From a virus: a stretch of 64,000 nt of DNA. Every line of letters begins with the position of its first letter. Within the stretch, counting starts at the first letter, position 1. The notes beneath the pieces are model-generated. The model was given only the letters and a program-made list of their open reading frames with translations. It was not told where the DNA came from and searched no databases. This document shows positions 18,244-28,913 of the stretch, one piece after another. Both the position numbers and the translations under genes were made by a program. The DNA lies in IMG/VR virus record IMGVR_UViG_3300043399_001092, positions 1 through 64,000 of that record, one strand, 5' to 3'.

Positions 18244-21200
18244 TAGAAACAGTTTTTGGTTACTTGATTGGTTTCCTCAAGGTTCTTGAGTATCGATCGA
18301 GCTTGATCAACATCAATAATCTTATTTGACTTCTTGTTTGATTCTGAAGGCTTTTCGGAAACTCCTATATAAACACTTGTTTTGTTGGCATGGTTTGTTA
18401 CATTGTTTAAATAAGAATTATTTACCGACTCTCCATCAAAAACTTTTTCTGCATCATTTCTTTGATTTGAATATATTAAAGGAATAGCTTCCAAAAATCT
18501 TTCTTTTGATTTTTCCGGTATTTCGTTGACATATATATTAAGCAGCAAAGACATTGTTGCTTGAGCCGATTTTTCTATATCCAGTAAATCTTTAGATTCA
18601 TTAATGCCAAAAGTGTTTCTGGTTTTTTGATCTACTGAAGAAAGTCTTATTTGAGTTACTCCAATAGAAGGATTTCTATCAATACCCAGCTCTATTGCTC
18701 CTAATTGAGCAATGTCGGTAACTCTTCCAAATTGACCTCTGAGTCCTCCATAACTACCAAAAGAAGACTCTTGCCCAAATATACCATAAGCAACTTTTGC
18801 AATTTGATTATAAACATCGTTTGAAACAGTCGGATACAGTTTCATTAACGCAGGTTTACTTTCAGACAATGTTTGCAAATACTCTTTTCCTTTTTCGTTT
18901 ACATTAGCCGCTTTAATTGTTATAGGTATTGGTTCGTAGTTAGTAATTGTTCTATTGACATCTTTATCACTTGACTTAAATCTAATTTCGCCATCTTCAA
19001 TTACAAATTCATTATGAGGATTATCTGGAAGAATATAGACAACGCCCTCTTCGGCAAAACCGCTTTCCCAAAGATTTTCTAAATCGTCCAAGTTAAAATT
19101 TAAACACCCGTTACTTAAACGATTATTTGAATAATCTTTATCCGAAATTGCAGTTCTTCTTGCCGCGTTTGTAACTTTATGAATAGCCATAGGTACTGCA
19201 ATACCTCTTTCATTCTTTAAATAAAAAGCTTTATCTCCATGATAAGTTCCTCTTTTACTAACTGTAAAAATACCGGCTCCTGTTTTTTTATTACCTTCCG
19301 TCCAATTTGTTTTTGAACTGTATCCTTTTTTAAGATAGCTTACTCCATCTTTTTGATAAGTGGCTTCGTTTGCAGAAACTTGTTTTCCGTTTTTGTCAAA
19401 AAAGATAGACTTTAAAACAGTTTGTTCGTCTCCAACGTTTTCTCCAACTCCTATTTCATAACTGGTTATCAAAGAATCTCCTTCATACAAATGAGCGATC
19501 CCTACAGACTTATCTACAATAATGTACTTGCCGGACTTGTTCTTTTGATAATTAGTAATTGCGTTTACGTTGCCAAGTTTATTTATTTCTTCTTGGTCAA
19601 GAAGTGTTTTTTCAAAAGACTTTAGATTTTCAATATTTGCGGTCCGGTATGTAAAAACATTTTCTCCAGAAGGAAACCTAAAGCTTCCCGCTGTAAATAA
19701 TGTAGAAATAATGAAAATATTAAGAAGCAAACTTTTTATTTTGGCTGCAACTTTTTGAAGCAGTGTTCTTTCTTTACCTTGTGATTTTTCTTTTAGCTGC
19801 CGCAAAACTTCTTTTTTTATAGCTTCTTTTACATCTTCTTTTTTAATATTTTCAGAATCAGAAATTTGTTGTATTTCAGATTCAGAAACGTTTTCTTCTA
19901 TAAGATTATCTATTCCGCTAACATCAACCTGTTCTTCTTTTTGATTAACGGGTTCAGCAGAAAGCCCTTCAGGTTGAGGTGCTACCGGCTGCTCTTCAAC
20001 ATCAAGGTCAGACAAAGGATCTATTTCATCCCGTTCCATCTTTTTTTCCTCTTCGCTTTTTTTCTTTATTACAAACTCCTCTTCTTCTTCTTGAGGTTCT
20101 GCACTTGGAGCAACACTTTTTGAAATAGCTGCTGCTGCATTTTGAGCATTGATGTTGTTCTCATCAACATCGTCCGGTATATCACCAGGCTCATCTTGTG
20201 ACTTACCTTCAGTTGAAGGTGCAGCTTCTGGTGCTGCCGGGGCAGCGGCCGGAGGAGTAGGTTTTGGTTGATTTTCTACTCTTTTTTTGTAAGCCTCTAC
20301 AAACTTTGCCTTTCTTTCATCTTTGTTTTTGTTCCATTCATTTTTAGATTCGTATGTAGAAATATTTGGATAAAAAGTGCCAATAAAATAAGTGTAATCT
20401 GTAAATGGAAAAAAACCATTTGGGTCATATAACTCAGTTGTTTCATCGTCGACAACAAGTGCCAAGTTGTCATTATACACTCTTATTAAAGGTCTATTTT
20501 TTTCAATGAAAAATACATTAATGTAAAATGTTACTGTATTACCCCCCGCGTTTATTTCAAACTTTAAGCCTTCAAAATTATCTCCATCTTTAATGTTTTC
20601 AATTTCTTGTTGACTAAAGCCAAATCTTTTTAATAAAAATTTTACACTATTAAGATTTTTCAAAGCCTTTTCAGAGTATTCTTTAAAATATTCATCTCCG
20701 TATTTTTCAGAAGTTTTAGCCTGTTCATTATTAACCGATTGTTCATTTTGACTACCTGTGACAGTAGATGTAGAAACAGGCGGTGTTGTGGGCGAAGACT
20801 GACTTGAAGTTTCAGTTTTTTTAGATGACTTTCTTTTGTTTGCTCTTTCTTTAATTACGCTGGTTAAGTTGGAAGGATCAATGACTAAGTTAGATTGAAC
20901 AAAAGGCTTGTCTTTCTGAATACGAGCTTCCAAGACATCGTCAAGAAGTTGTTTCGAATAGTTAACGTCTTTACGCAACTTGATTATTCCTTTTTCAAGA
21001 AAAGGAATATCTACGTTTTTACCAAGAAGTTTTTTGTTTACATAGAAATACCTCTTTTGTAAATGCTCCTTAAAGTTCTCAACCGCTTTCTTTTCTACCT
21101 CGGTTCTTTCCTTTTCTGGTTTGCGAAGTACCTCTGCGGATATACTGGAGGGTTTCTTATTAGCACCCTCCTTGTAATAAATAGTATCTCCCTTTTTGTA

Positions 21201-24200
21201 CAGCTCAAATACGTTAGAAGAACGCTTACCAACATTGATCAGTGTTGCAAGAAGTTCGGCAACCGGAACTTTTTCTATCTGCGTTTCTTCGGTTGACATT
21301 AAGTACATAACCGTTTCCGCCTCTTTTTCTGTCAACGTTCGTTGATGAAGAATAAGCGGAGGTGCGTTCTGAACAACGTAGTAAGGAGTGCCGGGTTTCA
21401 TCTTGTATATTCTTCCGCCGACACTAACTTCACCTTCAGAAACTCCAAGGTTCTGTAAGTAAAACTCCTTGTTTTTATCGTTTTGATACCAAGCAAAAAT
21501 ATCCTTTACTCGATACCCTTTGCCTCCTTTTACACGATTATAGTGCTTTGATCCTATTGGATTATTTGCATCAAGAGATAGTACAAACTCTCCCTCGGCA
21601 GTTATTTTTTCTGTGATGGCATCTATGAAATCCGTATAGTTTTCAATAGCCTTTTGCAGCTCCTCTCCCTTAAGACCAATTTTGCTTTCAAGGTTCTTCG
21701 TAGAACGAAATGAAGTAAAAGCAATCTTGTTGCTACCAAGACCTCTGAACAGTTTACCGGTTTCTTTATTTCTGATGAACACATAAACACCTGTCATCTT
21801 TTCTTCTTCAGAAATAACAGCACCTCTTTTTCTATCAAAGTCAATGGAGCTATCAATAGCTTCCTTCATTTCATCTGTGGCAGTAGCATAGGTTACAGCA
21901 ACATAATTGTTTGCACCCAAGTGACTCTGCATATCACCCTTGTTCTTTTTTGCAGCCGAGTTTACATAATCAAACCAAGCTTTGGAATAAAGGTTAGGAT
22001 TCCTTACCAGGTTTCCATCCTTATCCCGTTTATCAACAGCTCTTCCATTGACCGTATCAAACTCAACGTCTCTACCAGTAAGCAAAAACGGATTGGTCGG
22101 TCTTGAGAACAAGTTGCTTACAATTTCTTCATCGGCTTCTTTGGTAACTTCATCCTGTTCTTCCTCTTCGGCAAACTTATACATTTCTTCTTTAGCTGCA
22201 TACAAAGACTCAAGTCTTATTTTAGTAAGAATCTCGTTGTGCCTTTTGATTCTACCAAAGAGTTCACCAAAGGCAACAGCCTCTTCTTTTTTCAGCTCGT
22301 TTATCTCTTTGGCAATAGCATCAAATTTTTCTTGAGCTTCCTTTTGTAGTCTTTTGTAGTAAGTTGACTTTCCGATTGCAGAACTCCTTTCCGCTTGAAG
22401 ATCCCAAAGTTCTCCAACTTGTTCTTTGGTCCTTTCTTTGGGAGCAATAGAACGAAGTTCATTCAACCGCTGATTTATTTCCTCAACTCGCTTGGTTATC
22501 TCATCAACATTGTTGATAATGGATTTCAATCGATCACCTTGTTCAGTAAGCTGTTTTTCAAGATCCTCCAGTTTACCTAAGGCATCGGTAAATATGTTGT
22601 AGTACTCTTGGTTTTCAAGAAGTATGTTTTGGTAAGTTATGTTTTTATTTATCTCAAGAGCCAACAGTTTCTTTATAGTATTTATTTTATTAACCTGGTC
22701 GTCCTCTACATTCATTGCTTCTCTTACTAAAGAAAGCATTAGTCGCTCTTGTTCTTCAGAAAGCTGTTTCTCGGCTTCTTGCTCCAAGCCTATTTCCAAA
22801 GCTTCTAATCGTTCTCGATACTTTTTTAGGAAGTTCAGCTCTCTTTCAGCTTGACCAAAGGATGACTTAAGAGTTCTCAGACTCTTGTTGTCTTCTTTTA
22901 TTTCACTCAAAGCCTTATTGTAGGACTCGTATAAATCAGCCGCCGCTTTCCTTGCTTCAGAAAGTTTGTTTAGAATACGCTCTATCTTAGTGTTAGCCTT
23001 ATCTATTCGAGTTTCTTTATTCCGGGCAGTAAGATCATCCTCAAGCGTTTTCAAATCTTCGTTTGCTTTTTTAAGGCTATTCTCGATTTTTTGAATAGCC
23101 TCTTCTTTTCTGGACTTCTCTTTTTCAAATTTCTTTGTAAGAGCGTCAGTTGCCTTTTGAGCTTTATTAAGACTTAACTCAAGAGCATTCAGATTATCCT
23201 GTCTTTGCTCAATTTCGTTGTCTAACCTTATCATCATTTCTTTTCTCATCAGCTCCGCTTCACCCCTTATACGATCTTCTTTTAGCTTCTTAGACTCTTC
23301 CCTATCATAGATAGTAAAAGCATCAGGTCTCCTTTTAAACACCACCTCTATCGTTTCTGGTGACGTTTCAAAGTCCTCTATGTTCTTTCGAACAACGGTT
23401 TCTTTTCCTTTTGAGTCCTTTTCTTTGTAGAGAAGCGGTATTTGTTTTACAGACTTAGTGGCCGGATCCCAATTAAAAACGGCTGTCTTCCCTTCGTCTG
23501 TAAAGTACAGCTTACCATCTTTTCTCCAAAGAAGAAAGCGAACATCGTTGAAGTCAACATGAACTTCGTCAAAGTCTTCTTTGTAATCAATACCCTTTTT
23601 GTCAAACAACTTGTTGAGGTATTCTGGATCATCAACCGCTTGTCTAAGACGTTCCTCCTCAGACATCCCATATTTACCCTCGTTGTTCTTAAAGTCGTTG
23701 AACTCTTTCAACAACTTGTTGTTGTCAAACAGCTCATTGTAGCTTTTAACCGTTTCCTTGTACATATCGTCCAAGTGCTTCTTCCGATCTTTCTTTTCGG
23801 AAAGCTCTTGTTCCAGTTGAGGATTTACCCGGTTAGCTTCTTTGTTGCGCTCTACTTCAGCTTCGGTCCTTTTAATCTCATCATCAATGTTCTTGAGCGC
23901 ATTGTCATAGTAGTCCATTTGTGCACCGACATTCATCTTGTCGGCCATCACCAAATGCCGGAACATCATCTTCTCATCTGCTGTTCCGGGTTCTTCATCC
24001 AAGAAAGACGTCGTACTATGATTGGTATTTTCGATAATCCGCCGTTGCTTGGATAGTCTTTCAACCTTATCTATAAGGCGCATCTTCTCTTGAGTAAGAA
24101 AGAAGTTGTCCGCCTTTGTATTCTCACTGTACATCTTTTCCACAATCTGATCGACGTGAGCTTTGAATATCTCTACGCCACCTTCAGTGCTGATGTACGG

Positions 24201-26132
24201 GGAAAGTAAGAACGCCTCCCGGTTGTTCTTTACACCCTCCAAATGAACTCTCTCTTCTTGGGTGATAGTACCGTTTGCTTCTTTTTCAGAAAGAAAAGCT
24301 TCAGCCAAAGCGTTCATCGACATCATCTTTGTCAACTCTTCACTTGCTCCGGCTACCGCTTTTATTTTTTCTTGGTCCAGTACATACTGACCGTTTTCAT
24401 CAAACTCAAAGTTTCCATTCTCGTCCTTCTTCAGCAGTTCACCATAAGGAATAGTGTTGGCCTTTACCATTTCAGTAAAGTAGTTCACCATACCCTTTGA
24501 AGGAGCTTTCTCTTTCCTCCCGGTAATACGATCAAGGGTTCTCCCGGCAAACTCACTACCAAGAAACTTACCTCTCTTTTGAGTACCAGGAGAACCGAAC
24601 AGTGCCTCCTCTTCAGCCCTCAAATCTCCTCCAGTGCCTATTGCAGAAGCACCACCTCCAAGTATACCGCCCAAGGCAACTGCTTCGTAGAACTCACGAG
24701 AGGACTCCGTAGATTCAAGTTCAGTTAAGTTCTGCAAATACTTCTCTCCAACAGCAAACAAGTTACCCGGAATGTTCCAAGGGTTGTTCAGTTCGCCTTT
24801 CATAGCAGATTCTGTAAAGTACTGCTCTGTAGAAGTTTGCATACCTTCTTGAAAACCTTCAGAAATACCATTAATGGCAGCGTTCTTAGCGTAGATACCC
24901 AAGTTTTCCTTAAGGGTTCGTTTGGCAATACCTTTGGATGTACGTTCACCCTCACGTATTACGGTTGCCGCTAAATCATCGGCTGCTCCCCTTGCTACTC
25001 CTTCAGCAGTACCTTCAGCAACTTCTCCGGCGGCCCTCTGTTCAAGTTCTACACCCACTTGTTCAGCCGCTTCACCAACCGCTGCTCTTTCAACACCTTC
25101 AGCAGCTACACCCTCTGCAACACCTTCTACAGCTTCTTTAGCTGCACCTTTAGCTCCGGCCGTTACCGGTGCATCATCAAAGAACTTTAGTCCAGACATC
25201 CGTCTGGATATATTAGCCTGGGTGTCAAAACCTCTAAAAACGTATTTCTCCATTATGGTATTGGACAAGGCCAATATACCCACGTTAGCACTAAATACGT
25301 TTGAGGCTGCGTTACCGGCTATCTTGTTTGCATCTTCCTCGGAGTAACCTTTATTGATCAACTCCTGTCTAAGGTTCATGTACGTGTTGTTGGCCTCGGC
25401 AGAAGATTCAATGATTGTATTAGCAAATACGTTCATTATACTCTGTGCCCTATTAGCGGCCACTTGACTCTGACTGATGGTTTGCATCGTCCGAGCAAAT
25501 TTACCCAGTCCAGAAGTCGATAGACGAGATCCTGCGGCCAACATTTCAGCAGCTTGGGTAGTACCACCCAGTGCTTCTGCTCCCCGAGCAAGTGCTCCGG
25601 CAGTACCGGTAAGAAGTCTTCCGGCTTTTACGGTGTTCATTAAGAAACCGCCACCCATCATCCCTACCATGAAACCAATACCATCGGCACCGGTAGTACC
25701 CCACCAAGCCGAATCTGTTAGCTTACCTATGATACCACCTTCCTGTACGGCCGTGGAAACATAAGTAGGAAGGTACTCTTGGTTGATGTTGTTCATACCC
25801 TCTTGAATAGAGGATATCCAAGCGTTGTCCCAACCGTTACCGGTCATACCGGTACCCGCCGCAACCAGGTATCCGGGTGTGGATAGTACTTCTGCAACAG
25901 CTCTGGTTGCAACACGACCAACACCTTTAAGCAAATTACCTACCGCACTTTGGCTTTCGTAAGCTAATTGATTAAGGGTTTCTTGATCGTACGGAAGTGG
26001 ATTTGTTGTACCAAGATACTCCTGTATCTCCTTATAGTTTTCGGGAGCTACTGATTCAGCAATACCAGAAGCTTTGTAATAAGAAGATTGTACAGGTGTA
26101 CCAGTACCGTAAATATTATCATCACCAGGCAT
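18243..26132 (-). CDS. giant cargo/ejection protein with Gly/Ala-rich hydrophobic N-terminus, long coiled coil, and C-terminal L,D-transpeptidase-like and lytic-transglycosylase-like domains
   Basis: 2629 aa directly upstream of the vRNAP; YIIVDKS..AIH..SNGCLN (YkuD-like); GQESSFG..GVTQI..IYSN (SLT/lysozyme-like). Confidence 0.75.
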   Translation of the reverse strand: MPGDDNIYGTGTPVQSSYYKASGIAESVAPENYKEIQEYLGTTNPLPYDQETLNQLAYESQSAVGNLLKGVGRVATRAVAEVLSTPGYLVAAGTGMTGNGWDNAWISSIQEGMNNINQEYLPTYVSTAVQEGGIIGKLTDSAWWGTTGADGIGFMVGMMGGGFLMNTVKAGRLLTGTAGALARGAEALGGTTQAAEMLAAGSRLSTSGLGKFARTMQTISQSQVAANRAQSIMNVFANTIIESSAEANNTYMNLRQELINKGYSEEDANKIAGNAASNVFSANVGILALSNTIMEKYVFRGFDTQANISRRMSGLKFFDDAPVTAGAKGAAKEAVEGVAEGVAAEGVERAAVGEAAEQVGVELEQRAAGEVAEGTAEGVARGAADDLAATVIREGERTSKGIAKRTLKENLGIYAKNAAINGISEGFQEGMQTSTEQYFTESAMKGELNNPWNIPGNLFAVGEKYLQNLTELESTESSREFYEAVALGGILGGGASAIGTGGDLRAEEEALFGSPGTQKRGKFLGSEFAGRTLDRITGRKEKAPSKGMVNYFTEMVKANTIPYGELLKKDENGNFEFDENGQYVLDQEKIKAVAGASEELTKMMSMNALAEAFLSEKEANGTITQEERVHLEGVKNNREAFLLSPYISTEGGVEIFKAHVDQIVEKMYSENTKADNFFLTQEKMRLIDKVERLSKQRRIIENTNHSTTSFLDEEPGTADEKMMFRHLVMADKMNVGAQMDYYDNALKNIDDEIKRTEAEVERNKEANRVNPQLEQELSEKKDRKKHLDDMYKETVKSYNELFDNNKLLKEFNDFKNNEGKYGMSEEERLRQAVDDPEYLNKLFDKKGIDYKEDFDEVHVDFNDVRFLLWRKDGKLYFTDEGKTAVFNWDPATKSVKQIPLLYKEKDSKGKETVVRKNIEDFETSPETIEVVFKRRPDAFTIYDREESKKLKEDRIRGEAELMRKEMMIRLDNEIEQRQDNLNALELSLNKAQKATDALTKKFEKEKSRKEEAIQKIENSLKKANEDLKTLEDDLTARNKETRIDKANTKIERILNKLSEARKAAADLYESYNKALSEIKEDNKSLRTLKSSFGQAERELNFLKKYRERLEALEIGLEQEAEKQLSEEQERLMLSLVREAMNVEDDQVNKINTIKKLLALEINKNITYQNILLENQEYYNIFTDALGKLEDLEKQLTEQGDRLKSIINNVDEITKRVEEINQRLNELRSIAPKERTKEQVGELWDLQAERSSAIGKSTYYKRLQKEAQEKFDAIAKEINELKKEEAVAFGELFGRIKRHNEILTKIRLESLYAAKEEMYKFAEEEEQDEVTKEADEEIVSNLFSRPTNPFLLTGRDVEFDTVNGRAVDKRDKDGNLVRNPNLYSKAWFDYVNSAAKKNKGDMQSHLGANNYVAVTYATATDEMKEAIDSSIDFDRKRGAVISEEEKMTGVYVFIRNKETGKLFRGLGSNKIAFTSFRSTKNLESKIGLKGEELQKAIENYTDFIDAITEKITAEGEFVLSLDANNPIGSKHYNRVKGGKGYRVKDIFAWYQNDKNKEFYLQNLGVSEGEVSVGGRIYKMKPGTPYYVVQNAPPLILHQRTLTEKEAETVMYLMSTEETQIEKVPVAELLATLINVGKRSSNVFELYKKGDTIYYKEGANKKPSSISAEVLRKPEKERTEVEKKAVENFKEHLQKRYFYVNKKLLGKNVDIPFLEKGIIKLRKDVNYSKQLLDDVLEARIQKDKPFVQSNLVIDPSNLTSVIKERANKRKSSKKTETSSQSSPTTPPVSTSTVTGSQNEQSVNNEQAKTSEKYGDEYFKEYSEKALKNLNSVKFLLKRFGFSQQEIENIKDGDNFEGLKFEINAGGNTVTFYINVFFIEKNRPLIRVYNDNLALVVDDETTELYDPNGFFPFTDYTYFIGTFYPNISTYESKNEWNKNKDERKAKFVEAYKKRVENQPKPTPPAAAPAAPEAAPSTEGKSQDEPGDIPDDVDENNINAQNAAAAISKSVAPSAEPQEEEEEFVIKKKSEEEKKMERDEIDPLSDLDVEEQPVAPQPEGLSAEPVNQKEEQVDVSGIDNLIEENVSESEIQQISDSENIKKEDVKEAIKKEVLRQLKEKSQGKERTLLQKVAAKIKSLLLNIFIISTLFTAGSFRFPSGENVFTYRTANIENLKSFEKTLLDQEEINKLGNVNAITNYQKNKSGKYIIVDKSVGIAHLYEGDSLITSYEIGVGENVGDEQTVLKSIFFDKNGKQVSANEATYQKDGVSYLKKGYSSKTNWTEGNKKTGAGIFTVSKRGTYHGDKAFYLKNERGIAVPMAIHKVTNAARRTAISDKDYSNNRLSNGCLNFNLDDLENLWESGFAEEGVVYILPDNPHNEFVIEDGEIRFKSSDKDVNRTITNYEPIPITIKAANVNEKGKEYLQTLSESKPALMKLYPTVSNDVYNQIAKVAYGIFGQESSFGSYGGLRGQFGRVTDIAQLGAIELGIDRNPSIGVTQIRLSSVDQKTRNTFGINESKDLLDIEKSAQATMSLLLNIYVNEIPEKSKERFLEAIPLIYSNQRNDAEKVFDGESVNNSYLNNVTNHANKTSVYIGVSEKPSESNKKSNKIIDVDQARSILKNLEETNQVTKNCF

Positions 26133-26135
26133 AGA

Positions 26136-28880
26136 TTATTTTTTTGGATTTACTGTAGCAGGTTTTCTTTTAATGTCCGAATATCTGTCTAACGATATTC
26201 TTACCTGTTCCACATATTCAGGCTTCATCATTGCATAACCCATGTAGGATTGAGTTGCTTCAATATTGTCATATCGAGAATTTTCTATGGTCACATATTT
26301 AGCACCATCCCATTTTTTGGCAACATAAGTAGTTTTACCAGATGGACCTTTTTCGGCAAAAAGCTTCCAATTAAATTTGATAAGATTTCCGCTTGCATCG
26401 GGAACTGTTTGACTAAAAGTAGAAAGTTCTTTTTGTCCTCTTTCTTTTAAACCCTTTGATTTTTGACTTGCTGTATTTTGCATAACCAACGGTTTTCCGG
26501 TTTGATAATAAAATGCAAGTCGTCCTGCATTAAACTTATCATCATCTGTTGCCACATAAGTTCGATTTTGATGAATATCCTGAAAAAACGGCTGTATGAA
26601 TCCTTGCAATCCTCCTTGATGAGTAACTGTAAGTTCACTCAAAGGAACATAAACAGGTTTGTCAAGTTTTATTTCTCCTCCATCCTTTGCAAAAAGTTTT
26701 ATACCAACAACCGGAACACCTCCGCTACCTATACCAATATCGTTTACAACAACATTAACGGTACCTCCTTCTATTTCATCGGCATAATTAGAAAGTGTTT
26801 TGTTTCCGGTTATCATAGACCTGTTAATTCTAAAGTGTTCTTCGAGCACACCAAAACTTTCGGCCAATTCTCCTTTTACAGCAGTAGTGGTTATTATCTT
26901 TTGCATTGGAGAAGCCGCTTCTGGTTTTTTACTTATTGTAGCAGCAACTGCATCCCGGTGAGCTTTTTGATAATCGGTTAAGCTGTTGTAATCATCAGCA
27001 AAAAGAACTTCTGCGTCTGCTTTAGACATTACGTACTTTTCACCGTTAACGTTGTAAGAAAGTACGTTTTTATAATAATCAGGTGCTTTTTGATCACTAA
27101 CATTGCCTATTGACCTATAAGTAGTATATGAACTTGATGTTTGAAGATTAAAAGGTTTTGCAGACGAATGTCCGATAGTTTCATTAAATGAAAAATCTTT
27201 ATCCAAATTAATAACCGCCTTTTCCTCATAAGCAGCTCTGTAATTTTCTGCTTCTGCTCGGGCATCTTTCATGTCATTGTAAGCTGTTTGATACACGTTG
27301 CTTTTTAAATCATCAAATAACGTATTAAGATTAGTGCTATTCAAAACAGCATCTGGAACACCTTGTTGTTTCAATTTTGCTCTTAACTCATCTGGGGTTT
27401 TTGCATCTTGAGATTTCATAATAGCGTCTCCCAAAAAGTCAATTTGAGACTGTTGGGTTTTATATCCATTTTTAGCTAATGCTGCACTTGCAGCAACTGC
27501 TGTTCTTGGGTCTGTTGATATATAACTAAAATTTAATTTTGAGAAAGAATCTTCGGCATTTTTTAAACTTGCATCAAGCCCTTTCATTTGTTCAGCCGCG
27601 TTTTCTGGATCGGGTTCAATATCTGTACCTCCCCAAAAAGTACCTATTTCGGGAAGTTTTGAATAGCTTTCTTTAAGATCTATTAAAGCTGCGTCCCATC
27701 CATACCTCTTTTGGGCAAGATAAAAAGCGTCCCAGTTTTCAGCATATCCTCTTTCTTTTCCAAGAAGTCCTTTTGAAATATTTGTCATTCTTTCAGTATT
27801 GCTATAATCTAAATATTGTCCGAGATCAGTAAACTCGTTAAATCTACCTTCTCTAAAATTACTTAATCCGATATTTATTAGTTTGTTTATATCACCCTTA
27901 GCATTAATTCTTTCGTTTTCAGGAATAAATCCTTGAGAATCTAAAATTGCATAAACCAACTTTGTTTCATCTTCAGAGGGCTGCTGTTGATTATTTATTT
28001 TAGTTCTGTAATTAACAACAGCATTGTCTAACTTCTTAAGATCTCTTATTTTATCATTTGCGTTGGCAAGTAATTCCTCTGGTTCAACTGCTAACGATTG
28101 AGCGGTAGTAAATTTTCTTGCCGCTAACTGTTGTGCAAACTGAGGGGAGTTTAAGAAATTGGTTATTTCTCGTTGTCTTTCAGGACTGACACTTTTACCC
28201 CATCGTTTTACTTCATACTCTCCATTTGGACCAATACCTACTTCTTGAACAGTACCTTCTTCAAAACCCATAGATTTGGTGTACTCGTTAAGAGTTTTTT
28301 GTACATCTAAAAACGGATAAATATTTGCTTTACCAATATACTTTCCTCGTTCTCCAGGCTTTAACTGACCAACCTGTTTTCTGTATCTGGACATTGCATA
28401 AGGAAGGTTTTCAGCACTATACTGAATATCTTTACTTGCCGCTTCATTGATGGCTGCCAAGTTAGCCGTGTGTTCCTCAAGCCGTTTTTCCATAGTTTCA
28501 GCAGCTCCGCCAGGTGCCCAGTCTTTGTTTATATCCCTTTGCGCTTCCAACATTAAACGAGTGTATTCTTTCTTGTCACCTTTCAAGGCAGCTTCCGTAA
28601 GTTTACTTTTCCAATCTTCTATTTTTTGGACGTATGCTTCTTTTGCTTCTGTGTCACCAAAAACACCAGGTACCCATTCGCCAGTTATTGGGTCTCTTTC
28701 TTTATACTCCTGCGTCTCAATATGCCGAGGCATTTTAGCCAACAGCGCATCCATTGCTTCATCTTCCTTTTGTTTCTTATCCAATACTCCTGCCCACATT
28801 TGCATGTTCGGAGTAAAGAACTCCGGCATGTATCGGTCAAAGGAATAGTCGTACTGTCTTGGTTTATCGAACCGGTTCAT
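26136..28880 (-). CDS. cargo/ejection protein, function unknown
   Basis: 914 aa, helical, no Cys seen; MNRFDKP..Y N-terminus and position between cargo-1-like and giant genes as in crAss-like phages. Confidence 0.65.
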   Translation of the reverse strand: MNRFDKPRQYDYSFDRYMPEFFTPNMQMWAGVLDKKQKEDEAMDALLAKMPRHIETQEYKERDPITGEWVPGVFGDTEAKEAYVQKIEDWKSKLTEAALKGDKKEYTRLMLEAQRDINKDWAPGGAAETMEKRLEEHTANLAAINEAASKDIQYSAENLPYAMSRYRKQVGQLKPGERGKYIGKANIYPFLDVQKTLNEYTKSMGFEEGTVQEVGIGPNGEYEVKRWGKSVSPERQREITNFLNSPQFAQQLAARKFTTAQSLAVEPEELLANANDKIRDLKKLDNAVVNYRTKINNQQQPSEDETKLVYAILDSQGFIPENERINAKGDINKLINIGLSNFREGRFNEFTDLGQYLDYSNTERMTNISKGLLGKERGYAENWDAFYLAQKRYGWDAALIDLKESYSKLPEIGTFWGGTDIEPDPENAAEQMKGLDASLKNAEDSFSKLNFSYISTDPRTAVAASAALAKNGYKTQQSQIDFLGDAIMKSQDAKTPDELRAKLKQQGVPDAVLNSTNLNTLFDDLKSNVYQTAYNDMKDARAEAENYRAAYEEKAVINLDKDFSFNETIGHSSAKPFNLQTSSSYTTYRSIGNVSDQKAPDYYKNVLSYNVNGEKYVMSKADAEVLFADDYNSLTDYQKAHRDAVAATISKKPEAASPMQKIITTTAVKGELAESFGVLEEHFRINRSMITGNKTLSNYADEIEGGTVNVVVNDIGIGSGGVPVVGIKLFAKDGGEIKLDKPVYVPLSELTVTHQGGLQGFIQPFFQDIHQNRTYVATDDDKFNAGRLAFYYQTGKPLVMQNTASQKSKGLKERGQKELSTFSQTVPDASGNLIKFNWKLFAEKGPSGKTTYVAKKWDGAKYVTIENSRYDNIEATQSYMGYAMMKPEYVEQVRISLDRYSDIKRKPATVNPKK

Positions 28881-28913
28881 GTTGTTGATTTATTAGATTG
28901 TGATGTTGTTTAA

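Noticed and set aside
6134-18251. Split-intein/protein trans-splicing as the explanation for the terminal cysteines
   Set aside because: No Hint-domain sequence or His-Asn splice-junction motif is visible at any junction, and the Cys are not at position 1 of an intein-like block.
24980-25160. AEGVA-type repeats in the 2629-aa gene
   Set aside because: Low-complexity Ala/Glu/Gly linker, not a discrete DNA repeat element.
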